Origin: Marsupella aquatica | Taxonomy: Eukaryota; Plantae; Marchantiophyta | DNA length: 64,000 bases | Reading direction: 5' to 3' | NCBI GenBank assembly: GCA_973895155.1 | Contig: OZ316895.1 | Coordinates: 19,482,803 to 19,546,802, forward strand | Part shown: positions 62,501 to 64,000 of the stretch, piece after piece | Numbering within the stretch: the first letter of the stretch is position 1 | How the letters are laid out: the number at the start of each line of letters is the position of its first letter | Program-made: the position numbers and the translations under genes | Notes under the pieces: generated by a model | Database searches by the model: none | The model's input: the letters and a program-made list of their open reading frames with translations, nothing else | What the model was told of the DNA's origin: nothing

Positions 62501-64000
62501 GGATTATCAGCTTGGGAGTAGCTGAATAGTTATGGATGCGCTCTGCTGGAATTACTGATTGTCCCTTGGTGAGCTTGCGGTCCACTAAGATAGTACTGAC
62601 CACAGCTGGGGGTGAGCAGATAGTCCATGGACCTATGGCATGATTGGCCAAGGCTGGACAGATTGTTGAGTAGGAAGGGACTACTCAATCTACTGCTAAA
62701 TAGCAATCATTGGCTATCTCTTCTACCCTACAAAGAGATATTAGGGATTTGGTGGAGAGTTGGGAACCATAGCTTGGCCCTAAGTTGACAGGGGAGGAGA
62801 GACGTCGCATGCATCAATTTCTGAAGAGTTACTGGAATTGTTTTGCATTTAGCATGAAGGATTTGGGGACATTAAAGGATCCTGGTATTCAGATTGAATT
62901 GGCTAGTGATGCGCCAATCTTTTGTAGGCCATACCGTTATAGTGACATGGAAAGAGCTCTGATTCAAAGCAGAACTCAAGATTTGTTGGAGGCTGGATTG
63001 GTGGAGATTCATATGGGGAGTATGCATCTGCCACAGTGATGCCAGCCAAGAAAGATGTGCATGGCAATTACACAGATAGGCGCATGTGTGGTGATTACAG
63101 ACCCATTAATCGCCAGACAAAATCTGATAGATATGCCATGCCCACACCTGAGGAGATCTTTGATGTTGTGGGGCATGCAAAGGTTTTCAGTTCATTGGAT
63201 CTGAGGGCAGGGTACCATTAGCTTCCAATTAGGCATGCTGACAGGTCCAAGACAGCATTCTGGGGGATTGCTTCTTATGGCAAAGATCGTTTGTATCAGT
63301 GGTTATTCTTACCATTTGGGTTGAAGAATGCACCAGTTGAGTTCCAGAGAGTCATGGATCGAATCCTTGCAGGTTTGGAATTTGTCAGATGTTATATTGA
63401 TGATATTTTGGTCTATTCTTCTACAGTGGAAGAACATCAGCAACACTTGCAGATTGTGTTGGAGAGATTGAGAGCACATGGGTTGAAGCTCCATCCTAGC
63501 AAGTGTAAGTTCTTCCAAGACCAGATTGAGTATTTGGGCCACACTATATACCCAGGGGGATTGGGTGTACAGCAGACTAAAGTGGAGGCCATTACCCAGA
63601 TTCCTTGTCCTACTGATGTGAGTAGAGTTCGTGCATTCTTGGGATTGGCGAGCTACTACAGGAGGTATGTTAAAGGATTTAGCCAGCTTGCTAAACCTTT
63701 GACCATACTCACTAAGTTGGATCAGGAATGGATTTGGGGTGATGACCAGGAGCATGCCTTCCAGGAGTTGAAGCAAAGGTTGGCATCATCCCTTATTTTG
63801 AGAAGACCCATTTTTGGCAGACCATTTCAGCTACACACTGATTGGAGTGGAGTAGGACTTGGAGCAGTGTTGACTCAGAAGGATGATGAGAGGAATGAGT
63901 TTGTTGTGGCTTATGCCAGTAGATCAAACAATTTCAGTAGAGGCTAAGTATAGCTCTTATGAGGGAGAGTGTTTGGCGCAGTGTGGGCTGTTGCACACTT
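59565..64000 (+). pseudogene. Ty3/Gypsy gag-PR-DNMT-RT-RNaseH polyprotein, degenerate; runs off the window
   Basis: Zinc knuckles CWTCGGDHAQRYC and CDHCGAPGHTKDRC; protease VLLDTGAQ; RT RMCGDYRPIN, LDLRAGYH, PFGLKNAP, YIDDILV; RNaseH FQLHTDWSGVGLGAVL. Several stops and frameshifts. Confidence 0.92.
61560..62529 (+). pseudogene. C5-cytosine DNA methyltransferase domain within the Gypsy polyprotein
   Basis: Ordered motifs: I LDLFCGSSTG, II YVETD, IV DLVIAGWPC*G (CAG>TAG at 61845), VI YILENV, VIII AHRPHLWWTN, IX ERERAMGF, X LGQVM. Confidence 0.88.

Overview
This is eukaryotic land-plant DNA, most likely from a bryophyte (inferred from GT-AG introns, a plant tRNA-iMet PBS and the TE families). 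The first ~8 kb holds a partial gene end and an intact 3-exon START/polyketide-cyclase-like gene. From ~11.3 kb to the end is a nest of transposons. A PIF/Harbinger element is interrupted by the presumed LTR of a Ty3/Gypsy element whose polyprotein carries a C5-DNA-methyltransferase domain between protease and RT. Inside that LTR sits a giant Sola-type DNA transposon (13838-54853, perfect 17-bp TIRs, CTTG TSD, ~24.6 kb without nested inserts). It encodes a DDD transposase plus divergently oriented cargo: a ~2,100-aa spliced polyprotein (ParB-like, degenerate beta-class methyltransferase-like, coiled coil, Ulp1 protease, with three alternative FCP1/HAD terminal exons), three F-box-like ORFs and two unknown ORFs. 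A 16-bp ACGCG-N6-CGCGT palindrome is scattered through its non-coding parts. A very young Copia element and a CACTA element carrying a SET-domain gene inserted into the giant element. Element boundaries were read directly from the sequence. Domain calls rest on motif recognition by eye, not on database searches.
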